From Eledone cirrhosa (lineage: Eukaryota), in NCBI GenBank assembly GCA_964016885.1, contig OZ024741.1, forward strand, positions 216,752,001-216,816,000: a stretch of 64,000 nucleotides of DNA. The letters run 5' to 3'. The notes under the pieces are model-generated. The model ran no database searches and was not told the origin of the DNA. It saw only the letters and a list, made by a program, of their open reading frames with translations. This document shows positions 35,607 through 48,043 of the stretch, piece after piece. Both the position numbers and the translations under genes were made by a program. How positions within the stretch are numbered: position 1 is the first letter of the stretch; each line of letters begins with the position of its first letter.

Positions 35607-37793
35607 ATGCAAATTCTGTCAAAAGGACTGAAATTCACACCGACTCCAACAGTCAACCACCAAGAACTGAAGGAGGATACCCAAGAATTCTGTCGAAAAT
35701 TACGTCTTGTAGAATTCTTCGCTGATAAAAATAATGAGAGTGATGAATCACTAGTAAAGAATAAATCAAATTTCACTCCGCCAAAAGGAAGAAATATCTA
35801 TCTCGACCAATACATTGACATCCTGTCTAAATTTCCTCTTAGACATAATACTAATGTTAGGCCAAACATTAACAAATCAGAAATGTCTGCACTTAAACGT
35901 ATACAAAATGATAAAACAATAATAATTAAACAAGCAGATAAAGGGGGTGCAGTTGTTATAATGGATACTGAATACTACAAGGATTTGGTTGAGGAACAAC
36001 TGAAAGACACAACATTCTATCATGAAATACCGTCAAATATAGACCACAACATCATGAAGAAGATCAACAACCTGGCTTCAAAATACCACAACTCATTTAC
36101 TGATAAGGAAAGAGACTACATCACCAATTTTGAGCCGAAACCCAGCAACCTGTATGGCCTACCGAAAGTTCACAAGTCAAAAGAAATACAACTGGCAGTA
36201 AGAGAACAAAACAGTGAGTACATTAAATTATTACACCCAAAAGACTTAAAACTTAGACCTATTATAGCTGGTCCAACATGCCCCACTCACCGTCTAAGCA
36301 ATTTTGTTGACATTATTTTGAAACCACTATGTATTCACATACCCAGTTTCATCCGGGATGATATCGACTTCCTGTCCCATCTTCCCAAAACCACGGAAAC
36401 GAATTCACTTCTACTCAGTTTTGATGTGGTAAGCCTTTACACCAACATTACACATGATTTAGGAATAAAGGCGGTTAAATACTGGGTGGAAAAACATAGA
36501 GAAGTGATTCCCATTAGATTCACAGCGCCATTTATATTAGACGCAGTTAAACTTATTCTGGAAAACAACACTTTCTTCTTCAATGGAAAGAATTACATCC
36601 AAATTAGAGGCACAGCGATGGGAACGAAGTTTGCTCCCGTTTACGCGAACTCTGTAATGGGATACTTAGAACAACAACTCTACCAAGAAATAGAGGAAAA
36701 ATATAGTACTGACTTTAGAAAGTACATTGAAAAATCTTGGAAGAGATACCTTGACGACTGTTTCATCATCTGGACAGAATCTTTAGATACTCTGGATGAG
36801 TTCAATATCCTCCTGAATAACCTACACCCATCTCTCCAATTCACAAAAGAGATGAGTAGGACCAAATTACCATTCCTAGATATAATGATAATCAAAAACG
36901 ACACCACCATTACCACGGATATATATTATAAACACACAGACACCCATCAATATCTGAATTTTAAGTCGTGCCATCCACCTCATGCAAAACGCAACATCCC
37001 ATACTGCCTAGCCAGAAGAATTTGTACCATTGTAGAAGATACGAATACCAGGTACAAACGCCTAACAGAACTAAGAGAATTTTTGCTCAAACAAAAATAC
37101 CCATCTCTACTTATAGAAAATGGCATACAGCGGGCTATAAAAATACCTATACAACAACTTAGAACAACCCAAAGAAGAAGAAACCAAGAACTGGTCATAC
37201 CATTTATAATGACACACAACCCATGTCACCAGAATATCTTCAACACTGCCAAAGCAAACCTACCGATCATTGCTCAAAGTAATGAATTAAAAGGCTTAAT
37301 CACAGATCGATCTTTGACTCTTAGTAAAAGACAGCCAAAAAATTTGAAGCAATTGCTAACAAAAGCAAAGTTTGACCTTAACAACAAAGACCAATCATTC
37401 ACTGTATCTAAATGCAATGATAATCGATGCGGCACATGTCAATCCATACACGCCGGTCAATATATGAAAACAAAAACTGGAAAAATATTCACAAATGCAA
37501 ATATGAACTGCAAAAGCAGAAATCTAATTTACTGCATTAAATGCCCGAATTGTGAAGAACTATATGTCGGTCAAACTGGAAATGCACTATCGGAACGTGC
37601 ACGGGTACACCGTCAACAAATCAGAGACCCAAATGTCCGTCAGATACCCCTAAGCGGCCACCTGGCAACATGTGGTCAGGGAATATTTATAATATTCCCA
37701 TTCTACAAATTACACAGCCCAAATGAAATCAAGAGAAAAATCAAAGAAAAGAATTTTATTGATAAATTCAAACCCAAGCTAAATGAACAATAA
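35607..37793 (+). CDS. PLE ORF2: reverse transcriptase + GIY-YIG endonuclease (frame open from 35466)
   Basis: Same motifs as the minus copy; conserved IINLS..L...E lies upstream of the first Met. Confidence 0.97.
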   Translation: MQILSKGLKFTPTPTVNHQELKEDTQEFCRKLRLVEFFADKNNESDESLVKNKSNFTPPKGRNIYLDQYIDILSKFPLRHNTNVRPNINKSEMSALKRIQNDKTIIIKQADKGGAVVIMDTEYYKDLVEEQLKDTTFYHEIPSNIDHNIMKKINNLASKYHNSFTDKERDYITNFEPKPSNLYGLPKVHKSKEIQLAVREQNSEYIKLLHPKDLKLRPIIAGPTCPTHRLSNFVDIILKPLCIHIPSFIRDDIDFLSHLPKTTETNSLLLSFDVVSLYTNITHDLGIKAVKYWVEKHREVIPIRFTAPFILDAVKLILENNTFFFNGKNYIQIRGTAMGTKFAPVYANSVMGYLEQQLYQEIEEKYSTDFRKYIEKSWKRYLDDCFIIWTESLDTLDEFNILLNNLHPSLQFTKEMSRTKLPFLDIMIIKNDTTITTDIYYKHTDTHQYLNFKSCHPPHAKRNIPYCLARRICTIVEDTNTRYKRLTELREFLLKQKYPSLLIENGIQRAIKIPIQQLRTTQRRRNQELVIPFIMTHNPCHQNIFNTAKANLPIIAQSNELKGLITDRSLTLSKRQPKNLKQLLTKAKFDLNNKDQSFTVSKCNDNRCGTCQSIHAGQYMKTKTGKIFTNANMNCKSRNLIYCIKCPNCEELYVGQTGNALSERARVHRQQIRDPNVRQIPLSGHLATCGQGIFIIFPFYKLHSPNEIKRKIKEKNFIDKFKPKLNEQ

Positions 37794-38168
37794 TAACGCC
37801 TAGGGGTATTACTTCTACTACCACTATGACCACGACCACTAACAACAACAACAACAACAATAATAATAATAATAAAAGTGATGTTGATGGTGATGATTAA
37901 TAGAAAATGCTATTTTCATCATTTCAAAAAAGCAAAACAATTGATACGTTGGATATGACTATTGGTCGTTAGCATGCTCAACCAGCCGTGACGCTTAAAC
38001 CAATCAGCTGTAGTAATTCAGTGAAACTACACACTGATTGGTCGAAATACAGTTTACAGGGCTTTGCATTCTGGAGCCACTTTTCTCTGTATAAAATGTA
38101 TAAAAGGTAGGAAATTTACCCATCTCATTACAGTTGAAAATTGCAAACTCGACTGTCACCACATATCA

Positions 38169-38207
38169 TGAACCTGAAGATTGCGAAAGCATGAAAGTAC
38201 TTGTTCA
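38169..38207 (+). ncRNA. pLTR minimal hammerhead ribozyme
   Basis: Identical to 33967-34005. Confidence 0.85.
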
Positions 38208-38377
38208 ATTAACACTTAGAATTTAATATTCTATCATACTATTTCATTATAATACCATTATATATATTTTAAAGGATTGTAAATAAAACGAGTAAATCAG
38301 ACAAAGTTGGAATTCCTCTTATTAATATAATCTTCTATACACAATCATACACACCCGTGTATATTTACCTATCTATA

Positions 38378-38456
<79 letters not shown>

Positions 38457-38860
38457 ATGAGAAAAACGTGCTGCGGGTTGCTAATGGGTTACATATGAAT
38501 AAAGTTAGTCCTTCATCAGTGATCTTCCAACCATCATTGGTATTTCATCGCTTTAAAGACCATATACCTCCGGTTGGTGCGAGCAACGGCTAAAAAAAGT
38601 CGTTGAGACACGTAATTAAAGGGAACACGAGTGTAAACAAACAAAATGGTGAAGCAACAGAAAGTGAGGAAGAATGAGTCAAGTCCCAAATTTCTATGAA
38701 TTTAAATTCGGTGAAATCGTGAACGAGAGAGAATAAAACCATCAAACCTGGTTGGAATGTAAGCAAGGAAGGAATTCCGTACAGGTCTAACGGGAGGAAG
38801 AAGGGATCTAGTCTGTGATTTCGGTGAACGTAAGTTCTGTGAAATCGTAGACGAGAGAGA

Positions 38861-38912
<52 letters not shown>

Positions 38913-38914
38913 GT

Positions 38915-39353
38915 GGATACACAACAGTTAGTTCACCATACTGAGAACAATTGTTTCACCTTCGCGGATCTTCAGCTCGGGATGTGTATGTTTATAGGAA
39001 CAGGAAGGACAACCGTACGAACGCGCATGCGCAGAAACTCGGTCACTTCACACAGGCAATACTAGACTGCGTGCAGATGGTGTAAAGATAACTGCGAAAG
39101 TCCGGAAAGTGTTTAGGTTGAAAATAAAATTAAAAAAATTAAAAATAAAATTACAAAGAATCAGTCCGGAGCCTTGTAGTTATGTAATAGATGTTTGGTG
39201 ACGTGTGGACAACGTGTGAAAAATTCACTTCTCATATCTAGGCAATCACTATTGCGTAATCTCTTTAGGATAGTTATTCGTTCGTCAATACATAAGCCAC
39301 ACGTCGGATTTCCCCTTGCGTATGGCTTGGACTTAGTGATGGCTTTCCATTGA
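38915..39353 (-). mobile_element. Naiad-type PLE 3' end with HHR at 38941-38980
   Basis: WKAITKSKPY..CGLCIDER..I..LDMRSEF..CPH; GAG-CTGAAGA-TCCGCGAAGGT-GAAA-CAATTG-TT-CTC. Confidence 0.75.
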
Positions 39354-39735
39354 ATGGAGTACCCTATACTTGAGTCCTTGAGGGACTTCCTGTATTTGGG
39401 AGCAAAGATTGGGAATACGGAAGATGATGTGGTTGAGAGGAAGAGCAAAGCCTGGACGGCATGCCATAGTTTGAGATCGGTGTGGAAGTCAGACCTTTGT
39501 AAAGACCTGAAAATCTCATTTGTTTCTGTAGTGGAGTCTGTGCGGCTGTACGGGTCTGAGATTTGGATACTGACCAAGAAACTCACTCAGATGGTGGATG
39601 GGTGCTACACGAGAATGCTGAGGATGGCTCTGAACATTAATCAGTATACACTGAGGTTGAAGAGCTCAGAGCTGCTTGGGAGCCTCCCAAAAGTGACACA
39701 GAGGAGACTGGGGTTAGCTGGACATGCTCAACCAA
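39354..39735 (+). mobile_element. RTE-like LINE RT fragment
   Basis: FLYLG..AW....VWKS..VESV.LYGSEIW..DGCYTRMLRMALNI. Confidence 0.8.
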
Positions 39736-39822
39736 AACTCATGAAGTGTTTAATAGTTTACAATTGTTTCGAAGGAAGAGATGGATAAATAAACGTAAAT
39801 AATATCAATATTTCAATCTATA

Positions 39823-39932
<110 letters not shown>

Positions 39933-39971
39933 ATTTACACTTAGTTTAAATCATTAATTGATTCGGAGGGA

Positions 39972-40158
39972 AATGGTGGATTGGCAGTATCGGTGGAGGG
40001 TCGGACGCCATGCTTTCCAGCATAGTTACGTCCCTTTACGATCTGAGTTCAAATCCTGCCGAGGTAGACTTTGCCTTTCATCCTTACGGGGTCGATAAAA
40101 TAAAGTACCAGTAATGCACTGGGTAATTGCTGGCCTTGTGCCTAAAGTAGAAACAATT
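39972..40158 (+). mobile_element. Nin-domain tRNA-SINE
   Basis: Full-length match to the family. Confidence 0.85.
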
Positions 40159-40405
40159 AATTGATTCGGGGGGAGTCATTTGCCCAACAAAAAAGAATTA
40201 ATCCAAATGTAAGCCCCATTTAGCCGTCAACGCAGATAGTATTGATCCATAGGGACAGGTGTCCTTATATGGTTGATTGTCCACGGAGAACATATGCATG
40301 AATTTACATGAATACAGTAAATTAAGAGATTGATTTCCATCATTAATCTCCTCTCTTCTATTAATTCCAAGGCCACAAGCAGTTGATTTAGGTTTATTTA
40401 AATCT

Positions 40406-40463
40406 CCGTTATACATATTTCACTGAGGACTACAAATTTTGATAGTCTGAGCTCTTCAGACGG
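40406..40463 (-). ncRNA. Minimal hammerhead ribozyme
   Basis: CCGT-CTGAAGA-GCT..GACTA..TAGTC..AGT-GAAA-TATGTA-TA-ACGG. Confidence 0.7.
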
Positions 40464-40601
40464 TATAAACACTTAGAAAAACATGAAAACATTCGAAAGT
40501 TCCTTTAAAAAATTTAAAACTTTCACGGAAAAATTCTTTTCCTGACACAGGGGATGGCCGAATGTGTTAATGGTGCTTCTTCGAATACCGGCCCCTGTAT
40601 G

Positions 40602-40640
<39 letters not shown>

Positions 40641-40648
40641 ACTTATTA

Positions 40649-40726
40649 GCACCTGAAGAAAGGTTTTGATGCCTCTTGTTTTCTGGAGGTATGTTCAAAT
40701 TTGGAGCTTGAAACATCGGGTAGTGC
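40649..40726 (+). ncRNA. Hammerhead ribozyme
   Basis: GCAC-CTGAAGA-AAG..GCCTC..GAGGT..CTT-GAAA-CATCGGG-TA-GTGC. Confidence 0.65.
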
Positions 40727-40761
40727 CTTTGTTCCGTGTATGAACATAAATAAATAATATA

Positions 40762-40817
<56 letters not shown>

Positions 40818-41079
40818 GTTCATACTAGGAATTCATGCTTTCTAAAAAAAAGTGTTATGTAACCTTATGTACAGAAAAAAATCTCGTATTTTTAAGCTTT
40901 TCTAACTTTTTCACCTACAATTATCTGTTTTCGTATTTGAAATATATATATATATATATAGATAAATCTACCAAAAGTTTACGGTAGTGTCCAATCCGTA
41001 TGAAGAACTCAATGTAATTTTTTGTAATTTTTTGTTTAATATAAGGAACTGTTTCTTTGTTTTATTCATTATTTTTTTA

Positions 41080-41122
<43 letters not shown>

Positions 41123-41134
41123 GTAGAACAAACG

Positions 41135-41179
<45 letters not shown>

Positions 41180-41400
41180 GGCCGGCCGCTACCAGCAGAC
41201 TAGGCACTATCTACGGTGCTGATTTTAGGTGATTCATTTCTCCAAACCAACGACAATTTTGAAAAATAATTGAGGGTCGTTTTTTTTATCCTGTTTTATT
41301 TCATCGGGGTTTTTTCATTTTTTCATTTATTGTTTATAAATTTTGAAATTGATACATCCCTTGGGGGGAGGGGGCCGCCAGAATCTACCCTTGCCCGGCC

Positions 41401-41435
<35 letters not shown>

Positions 41436-41436
<1 letters not shown>

Positions 41437-44090
41437 CATTTCAGGTTATCAATAATGTAGTGATAATATATCGTCACGTTAGAGATGAACAGCGTACGTG
41501 TAGGTTTGCTCAACGAGTATAAATTATAATCTGGAGAAAATGTAGAAAAGATGAATATAAAATGAAAGTGCTTTTTTAAAAAGGAATTTATTAGGTATTC
41601 ACATATGTTTCTGTAACAGACGGAATACCTATGTATCGCTGCTTGCGTAATCATATAATGTTAGCAAGTATTCGATAGCAAATGTATAATCAGTTGTCAC
41701 TTCTTCAGAGATATTGGATAAATTGGAAAAAATCAGAAAAATTGAAGTATTTATATTAGTCGTAAGAAAGGAAGAAGAGAGGGGATAGTATATGACAGAT
41801 GGCAATTCAATTTACTGGTAAACAAGTATATAAAGGGTTTCTAATGAGAATACAATGAGTATATGGTTTATTTTATCTAAATAATAATTTTTGGGAGTGC
41901 CTATTTTAATCTATACTTGACCAATTGAACAATGGACAGGGCTGGTCGTTTGGTGTAGTAGTATTAATAGATATAAGGTGTCAATTAAGGAAGAGGGAGA
42001 TTTACACTGCTACTGAATAACAACAATGCTGGTAGCCTGCTGGTATATGCATTAGGGAATTGAATTAAGAAATCTCATTTTATCTATAGTAGTTTATATT
42101 AAATGGTAAAGAATAGAAGAGTTGATAGAATTAAGACTGATAGAGAATGTTAATATGTATTTTGACAATCAAACGGAGATGGAGACAGGCGTTCAATCCT
42201 GGTAGTGTTTGTAATATAAAAATGTAGATTTCAAGCGATGGTTACAGTATAACGATCGCTCTATTCTGTTATTTAATAAAATATTTTTGGATTTCATAAT
42301 ACAAAATAATTCCATATTACACAATTTACAAAATTCCTGTCCGTGGGATATGGAGGGGCATACACTATTATATCCTATTTTAGGTTAAATTGTTGGTTAT
42401 TTTCGCGCAGCTGCCAAGCCTTGTCTGCGAGTGTTGTTACATAACGCTGGTTTTCATGTTTTATCGAGTAACGATGTCTATAAAAGCGAGATTTGAAGGA
42501 GGTGGCTGTAGATCCCACGTAGTACCACTTCTGGCTATCCGATTCGATAGTACATTTGTATATGATGTTTATTCAAGACACTGACTGTTCAACGGACACA
42601 TTCCTGGTTGGACGCAGTTACAGTTATAATTTTGTGTTGTTGTATTGGCATGGATGGGTTGATGAGGTTGCTTAGGTAGGACGGGATGTTGTTTGTTGTT
42701 TTGTGATGTTGTAGCCGATGTTTTACGTGTACTGTTATGTGTTGGAAGGCGTTTATACAACCCTTTTGCGTTAAGCTTTTTTATATGTTGTTCAATATTA
42801 GGGGCGGTTGAATATGAAAGTCGAATAGTGTTAGGGTTTAAGATTTTATTATATTTATGTGATGTTGGAAAGTGTTTTTTAACTAATCGAAAGAATTGTG
42901 AGGGTAGATTTGTTTTAATAGAGTTGTTATAGACCGGGTTGTACCATATATACTCTTTACATCGCCTTCTGTTTGGTGGTGTGCGACTATTAGTGTGTCT
43001 ATTGCGGTAGTGTATGTATGGTGGTGATTCTATGCTATTTCTACCTCTATGAGATTTATTTTGGGTGTTTTGGTGATCGTCGACTATATACTCTATATTA
43101 TCTAGGTGTCCAGCCTTCCTAAGTGCATCATCATAATATTCGGTATGTTCTTTGAAGGTTTGCTGGTTGGACGACAGGCGGGAGATTCTAAGGGAAATAT
43201 TTCTAGGGATGGATTTAATTATAGAGGGTGGATGGTTAGAACCCGTATTTACATATTTAAGGTTCTCATTTAGTTTATGGAACGGTTTAATCGTTTCTGT
43301 ATTGAGATTCAAAGTAACATCAAGGAAATTAACCTCTTTGAGCTTATATTCAAACGTAATATTTAATCCTAGTTCCTTAAAAAGCTTTCTGATATTTTTA
43401 CGCATCCTTTCTAAATTCTGGTTATTCATATGCTTAACTAATAGGAGCGCATCGTCACGGTAGATTCCACCGTGGAGATCCTTGAATTTTCCTTGTAGTC
43501 TGTGGGTGATATAAATTCCCACAAGATCAGTTACTTCCGCCGAATCATTGGAACCCATAATAATATCAAAATTAGAAGGTCTATCTTTGCGAACCCAGTA
43601 GCTATCATCCAATTTAACAATAGTTTTCCTCGCTTCCATAATAATATTAATTTCAGCATCCGTAAGGTCGGAATTAGCCTTAGCGAACGAAAGAGCTTCA
43701 TGCAGAGTATCAGGTGAAATTGAAGAATAATATTCATCAATATCGAACTGAATAAATTTTGATTTTTTCTTATCAGTAGTGCTATTAAACCATCTTATTG
43801 CCTCATGGGTGTTACCCCATAGTTTAATATCTACTATAGCCTTAACTTGGGGGATAATTCTGTCAAGTATATATTTGCTAATTTTGCCTATATCAGATTT
43901 AGAGGGGCATATAAGTCTAATTTTAGGGTCAGTATCGAAGTTTACCTTGTGGTCCTTCAGGTTGAAGGATGGTGTAGCTGGTGTTAAGGGTTGCGTTCTA
44001 TCGTCAATACAAAGTTTTTTAACAAGTTTGGACAGTTCAATATTTAACTTGAAAATTGTTGATTTATGGTTTAGAAATATCACTTGATTT
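41436..44090 (-). mobile_element. 5'-truncated Naiad-type PLE
   Basis: RT ORF 42569-44083 followed by a disrupted GIY-YIG and a 3' UTR shared with 4962-6170. Confidence 0.9.
42569..44083 (-). pseudogene. Naiad-type RT (504 aa open), frameshifted before GIY-YIG
   Basis: LKDHKVNF..RLICPSKSDIGKISK, FIQFDIDEYY, MGSNDSAEV, GIYRDD, VNFLDV, SNHPP, IWYNP, CNC..CPL. Confidence 0.9.
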
Positions 44091-45001
44091 CAGGATAGAT
44101 ATATTGTTTAATGCTCAAATATGGTAAATGAGTTATCTTCCTTTTGTTTACACTCTTCGTAAATATGTTAATTCTGTTTGAATAGCTTGCTATTTTAATT
44201 TTTGACATAAATTATATAGTTGAATAATATAAGAATTTCTTTAAAAGGAAACTGTAATAATTTGTAATTACTGAAGTAAATATAAATTAACGAAATAAAA
44301 TTTTTGAGAGTAAATATAACTAGAATTTTAACCCTGTAATTATATGATAATTATAGATTCGAAAGATTTTATAAAGGTGTTATATGCACGTATTTTAATA
44401 TATGTTTTAATACAGGTTTAATAATTATTTAAATATGCTTTAAAGATAATTTTGTTTAAATTGTAACAAAATACTTATGGAATATATTAGAATCTATAAT
44501 GAGTTAAATTAAATTATATAAATGTTTAATTAAATAAATATGTGAAGCCTATGAAAAGTAATGTATATTGATTAATTTTGATATATTATATTAGTATAAT
44601 TAGCTTAACCATAACCAAATACTAGAGATATTCAATGGTCTATGATAACTGATTGGTTGACTCAATTGACCTAATATTTGAAAACAACGGTTTTTTCTAC
44701 TTTTGAAGTTTTTTCTTCTTTCTTTCTTCTCTTTCTTCTTCTTTATATATATTTCTTCATCTTTTTCACCCATTTATATATTCATTGATAAATTGTTTCT
44801 CTTTCTTTTTCTTATATATATATTTTTTGTATATCCTCTTCTTTACACACTCTCTTATGTCTCTAATTCTCTCCATGTCCTTTTCTTCTTTAAGTTATTA
44901 TTTGTGGTATATAAATGTTGAGATTTGATGAAATAAATCACTGCCAATACTGGAATTGAAATATCAAGACCGTAGAGGTATGTCATATATCAAATCATAT
45001 A

Positions 45002-45065
45002 TTTTATCTGACGAGGACGTACTGGAAAAAAAAAACACAGTACCTTCGAAATATATATAATAAAG
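45002..45065 (+). ncRNA. Minimal hammerhead ribozyme (family A)
   Basis: TTTTAT-CTGACGA-GGACGTACTG..CAGTACCTTC-GAAA-TATATA-TA-ATAAAG. Confidence 0.75.
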
Positions 45066-45208
45066 CATATATTTTGATTATGTGAATATCTTCATTTGTT
45101 AATATTTTGAATAATATTAAAACTCCAGGAATATTTCGCTGGTGAGTGCTTTTAATCTATTGTAAAACTGTATTCACTGAGTAATCAATGAACCATATTG
45201 TTCTTTGG

Positions 45209-45277
<69 letters not shown>

Positions 45278-45318
45278 CGAAACATAAGTCAATTGCATGA
45301 ACTCATAATCCTTTATTT

Positions 45319-45374
45319 ACTGCTCTATATATTTCGATGATAGCTATTGAATGGCTATGACCTCATCAGGCAGT
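45319..45374 (-). ncRNA. Hammerhead motif (probable cleavage-site mutation)
   Basis: ACTGC-CTGATGA-GGTCATAGC..GCTATCATC-GAAA-TATATA-GA-GCAGT. Confidence 0.6.
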
Positions 45375-45664
45375 TAGTCAGTTCTTAGATATGCCAGCTC
45401 TGTGTTTATAGTGGTGATTGGGACATATATATATATAGGGAGAGAGAGAGATTCAATGTTAGAGAATACAATACCGAATTGTTCAAGAATTCGGTTTTGT
45501 ATTCTCTAACAATTAATTTCTATATTAACACTCTGCCTACACACCTTTTGCTTGACATATTTCTCTCGCTTACTTTCAGTGTCCCCTTCACTACTGGCTT
45601 ATAATACTCACAATTAATCTCCTATCTCTCCTCCTTGATTGGTTTGTACACATAATTTTGATAT

Positions 45665-45849
45665 ATATATGTATGTGCGTGTGTGTGTGAGTGTGTGTGT
45701 GTATGTATGTAATTGCCTGTGCGTATATATATTTATATGTGTATGTATGTATGTCAGTACGTATATATGTATATATTTTTGTATGTATGTGTGTATGTAT
45801 ATATCTATGTATGTATATATTTATGTATGTATTTTTAGATGTATATAGG

Positions 45850-45883
<34 letters not shown>

Positions 45884-45909
45884 TGTATGTATGTATGTAT
45901 GTATGTATT

Positions 45910-45943
<34 letters not shown>

Positions 45944-46012
45944 TGTATGTATGTATGTATGTTTGTATGTATGTATGTATGTATGTATGTATGTATGTAT
46001 GTATGTATGTAT
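45665..46012 (+). repeat. (TATG)n microsatellite, partly degenerate
   Basis: Direct reading. Confidence 0.95.
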
Positions 46013-46841
46013 AGCATTCTTTTATTAACTGACAGAAAGGTGCTATTGTTTGATCTGTTTCTTTAAAGACAATTCAGGTATAGTTTTTTGAAAGTTTTGT
46101 GTATAAAAATAGATTGTGACACCTAGCGCAGCGTCAAGTTGGGACACATACATAAATATTCACACACGCACACATATACACACACAAACACACAAACAAC
46201 ACACACAAGAATTTTTGCTGGAGCCACTTTTTTAACATAAAAACAGTCTTGGCGCAAAATCAACTTTTTACATTCACATGACCTCTACCGACCAATCAAA
46301 ATTGTTTTGACCACAAGCATTTTTGCAACACAAAAATAACGCTGGAGCCACTTTTTTAACATAAAAACAGGTAGAATTCCCAAAACTAATCAGATCAGAG
46401 CAAACAGCACGGACACTCTATCTCAAAATTATTTTTGAAAAGCATTTAGAAATGCGCAACCGGTAAAAACTTAAAAACTTAAAACCACAACTGAATACTA
46501 ACCCATACAATCACTAATACTCTTTTATTCCTAATTAAACCATTTTTCAACTGTGAACAATTTGTCAGCATTTTCTATTCCGTTTACCAATATATATATA
46601 TATACAAAATTAAGATAAATTAAATGAATTTAATCTAAATCGAAATTGTGGGTGTCATGCCATAAATATATTTCTTTAATGGAATATATACAGGGAAGAT
46701 TAATCATATTAAAAGGTATCTATTTTTGAAGTTCTAGTCAACTTTATTTATTTGTTACCTACTAGCTATGCGTGGTTACACGCTTGTAAAAATTATCCCC
46801 TGTGATTATTCATGTTTATATATGTTAATCAATTTCTAGTT

Positions 46842-47655
46842 ATTATTTGTCGGAGATTTCTTCATAGGAGCTTTTATCCTTATGGCTTAGTATAATTGAT
46901 TTTTTTATATGGTTGATTGTGCTGTTTGGCAGAGGAAATGGAGTATATATTTTGTTTATCTAATAATTCTGTAGACATGATTTATAATAATATATTGCTC
47001 TGAGTATTTAATGTATTAATTCTTCATAGAGCTAAAAAGTGACCGGTTGTAACATATATAAATTTATGTATATGTAAACCTTTATATTTAATAATCTCCC
47101 GTAAGGTTGAGATTAAATTTGGCGATATTTGGCTGCGCTTTCAAGCGACAGGCCTACACGCCGTCAACAGCCAATCACATTCTTTCCAACTTGACCACGG
47201 CCATAGTGTGATTCTTAGCCATTTTTGAATCCAATTTTGGCGCGATCAGCTTGGAATACTAAGTGTCTATTTTTGAGTTTATCTCCTGATGATTCCGAAC
47301 TCAATGGATTTCCTATTAATAGGATATCTAAAAATACGGATGAAACCATGGTAGAGATAATTACGGTATGTACACAGTTCTTCTATGTTTGATTTTACAC
47401 CGAATGGCATATGGTTAATTATGTACTTGGTCGATTTATGCATGCTGTCGAAATGTTGGATAAATAACCTGCTGTGGATAACGCGAAGAGACCACTCTCG
47501 TTTATTTGTCGGAGATTTCTTCATAGGAGCTTTTATCCTTATGGCTTAGTATAATTGATTTTTTATATGGTTGATTGTGTTGTTTGGCAGAGGAAATGGA
47601 GTATATATTTTGTTTATCTAATAATTCTGTAGACATAATTTATAATAATATATAT
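46842..47655. repeat. ~155-bp direct repeats (46842-46995 and 47502-47655)
   Basis: Near-identical copies 660 bp apart. Confidence 0.8.
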
Positions 47656-47677
47656 ATATATATATGTATGTAAAAGG

Positions 47678-48008
47678 TAAACAGAAATAACAACACAAAC
47701 GGTACAGTATGTGGAAGGTTAACGCTTGATATAGCAGGAAGAGAGTCTTAACGTTCGGGACGCTAGTCCTTCACCAGAAAAAAGAATGAGAAATAAAATA
47801 GATTGAGGGGACGGGCGGGATGGAATTTGAAAAAATGTATTTAGATAAAAATAACAGGTCCATTCATGTTGACATCGCTTGCAAAACTGTTGGTGCTGGC
47901 GTTTTGTGTATGATTTGTTTTTAGAAAAGTGGATGATGGAGCGCGTTTACCTGAAATGGGAAAAAAAACCGTTTTGTAAAAAGAGCTATACTTGAGCACG
48001 TGCGTAAG

Positions 48009-48043
<35 letters not shown>

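Larger units (their letters stand above)
29312..38390. mobile_element. Intact Neptune-type Penelope-like element, head-to-head inverted dimer sharing a central pLTR
   Basis: 29312-33460 is the reverse complement of 34181-38329 (mirror coordinates sum to 67641); pLTR copies at 29312-29930(-), 33509-34188(+) and 37711-38390(+). Confidence 0.97.

Noticed and set aside
32911-36916. Antisense ORFs inside the PLE (179, 143 and 78 aa)
   Set aside because: Shadow frames of the real ORFs with no motifs
38500-38530. CTGATGA on the minus strand
   Set aside because: No matching GAAA or stem I partner
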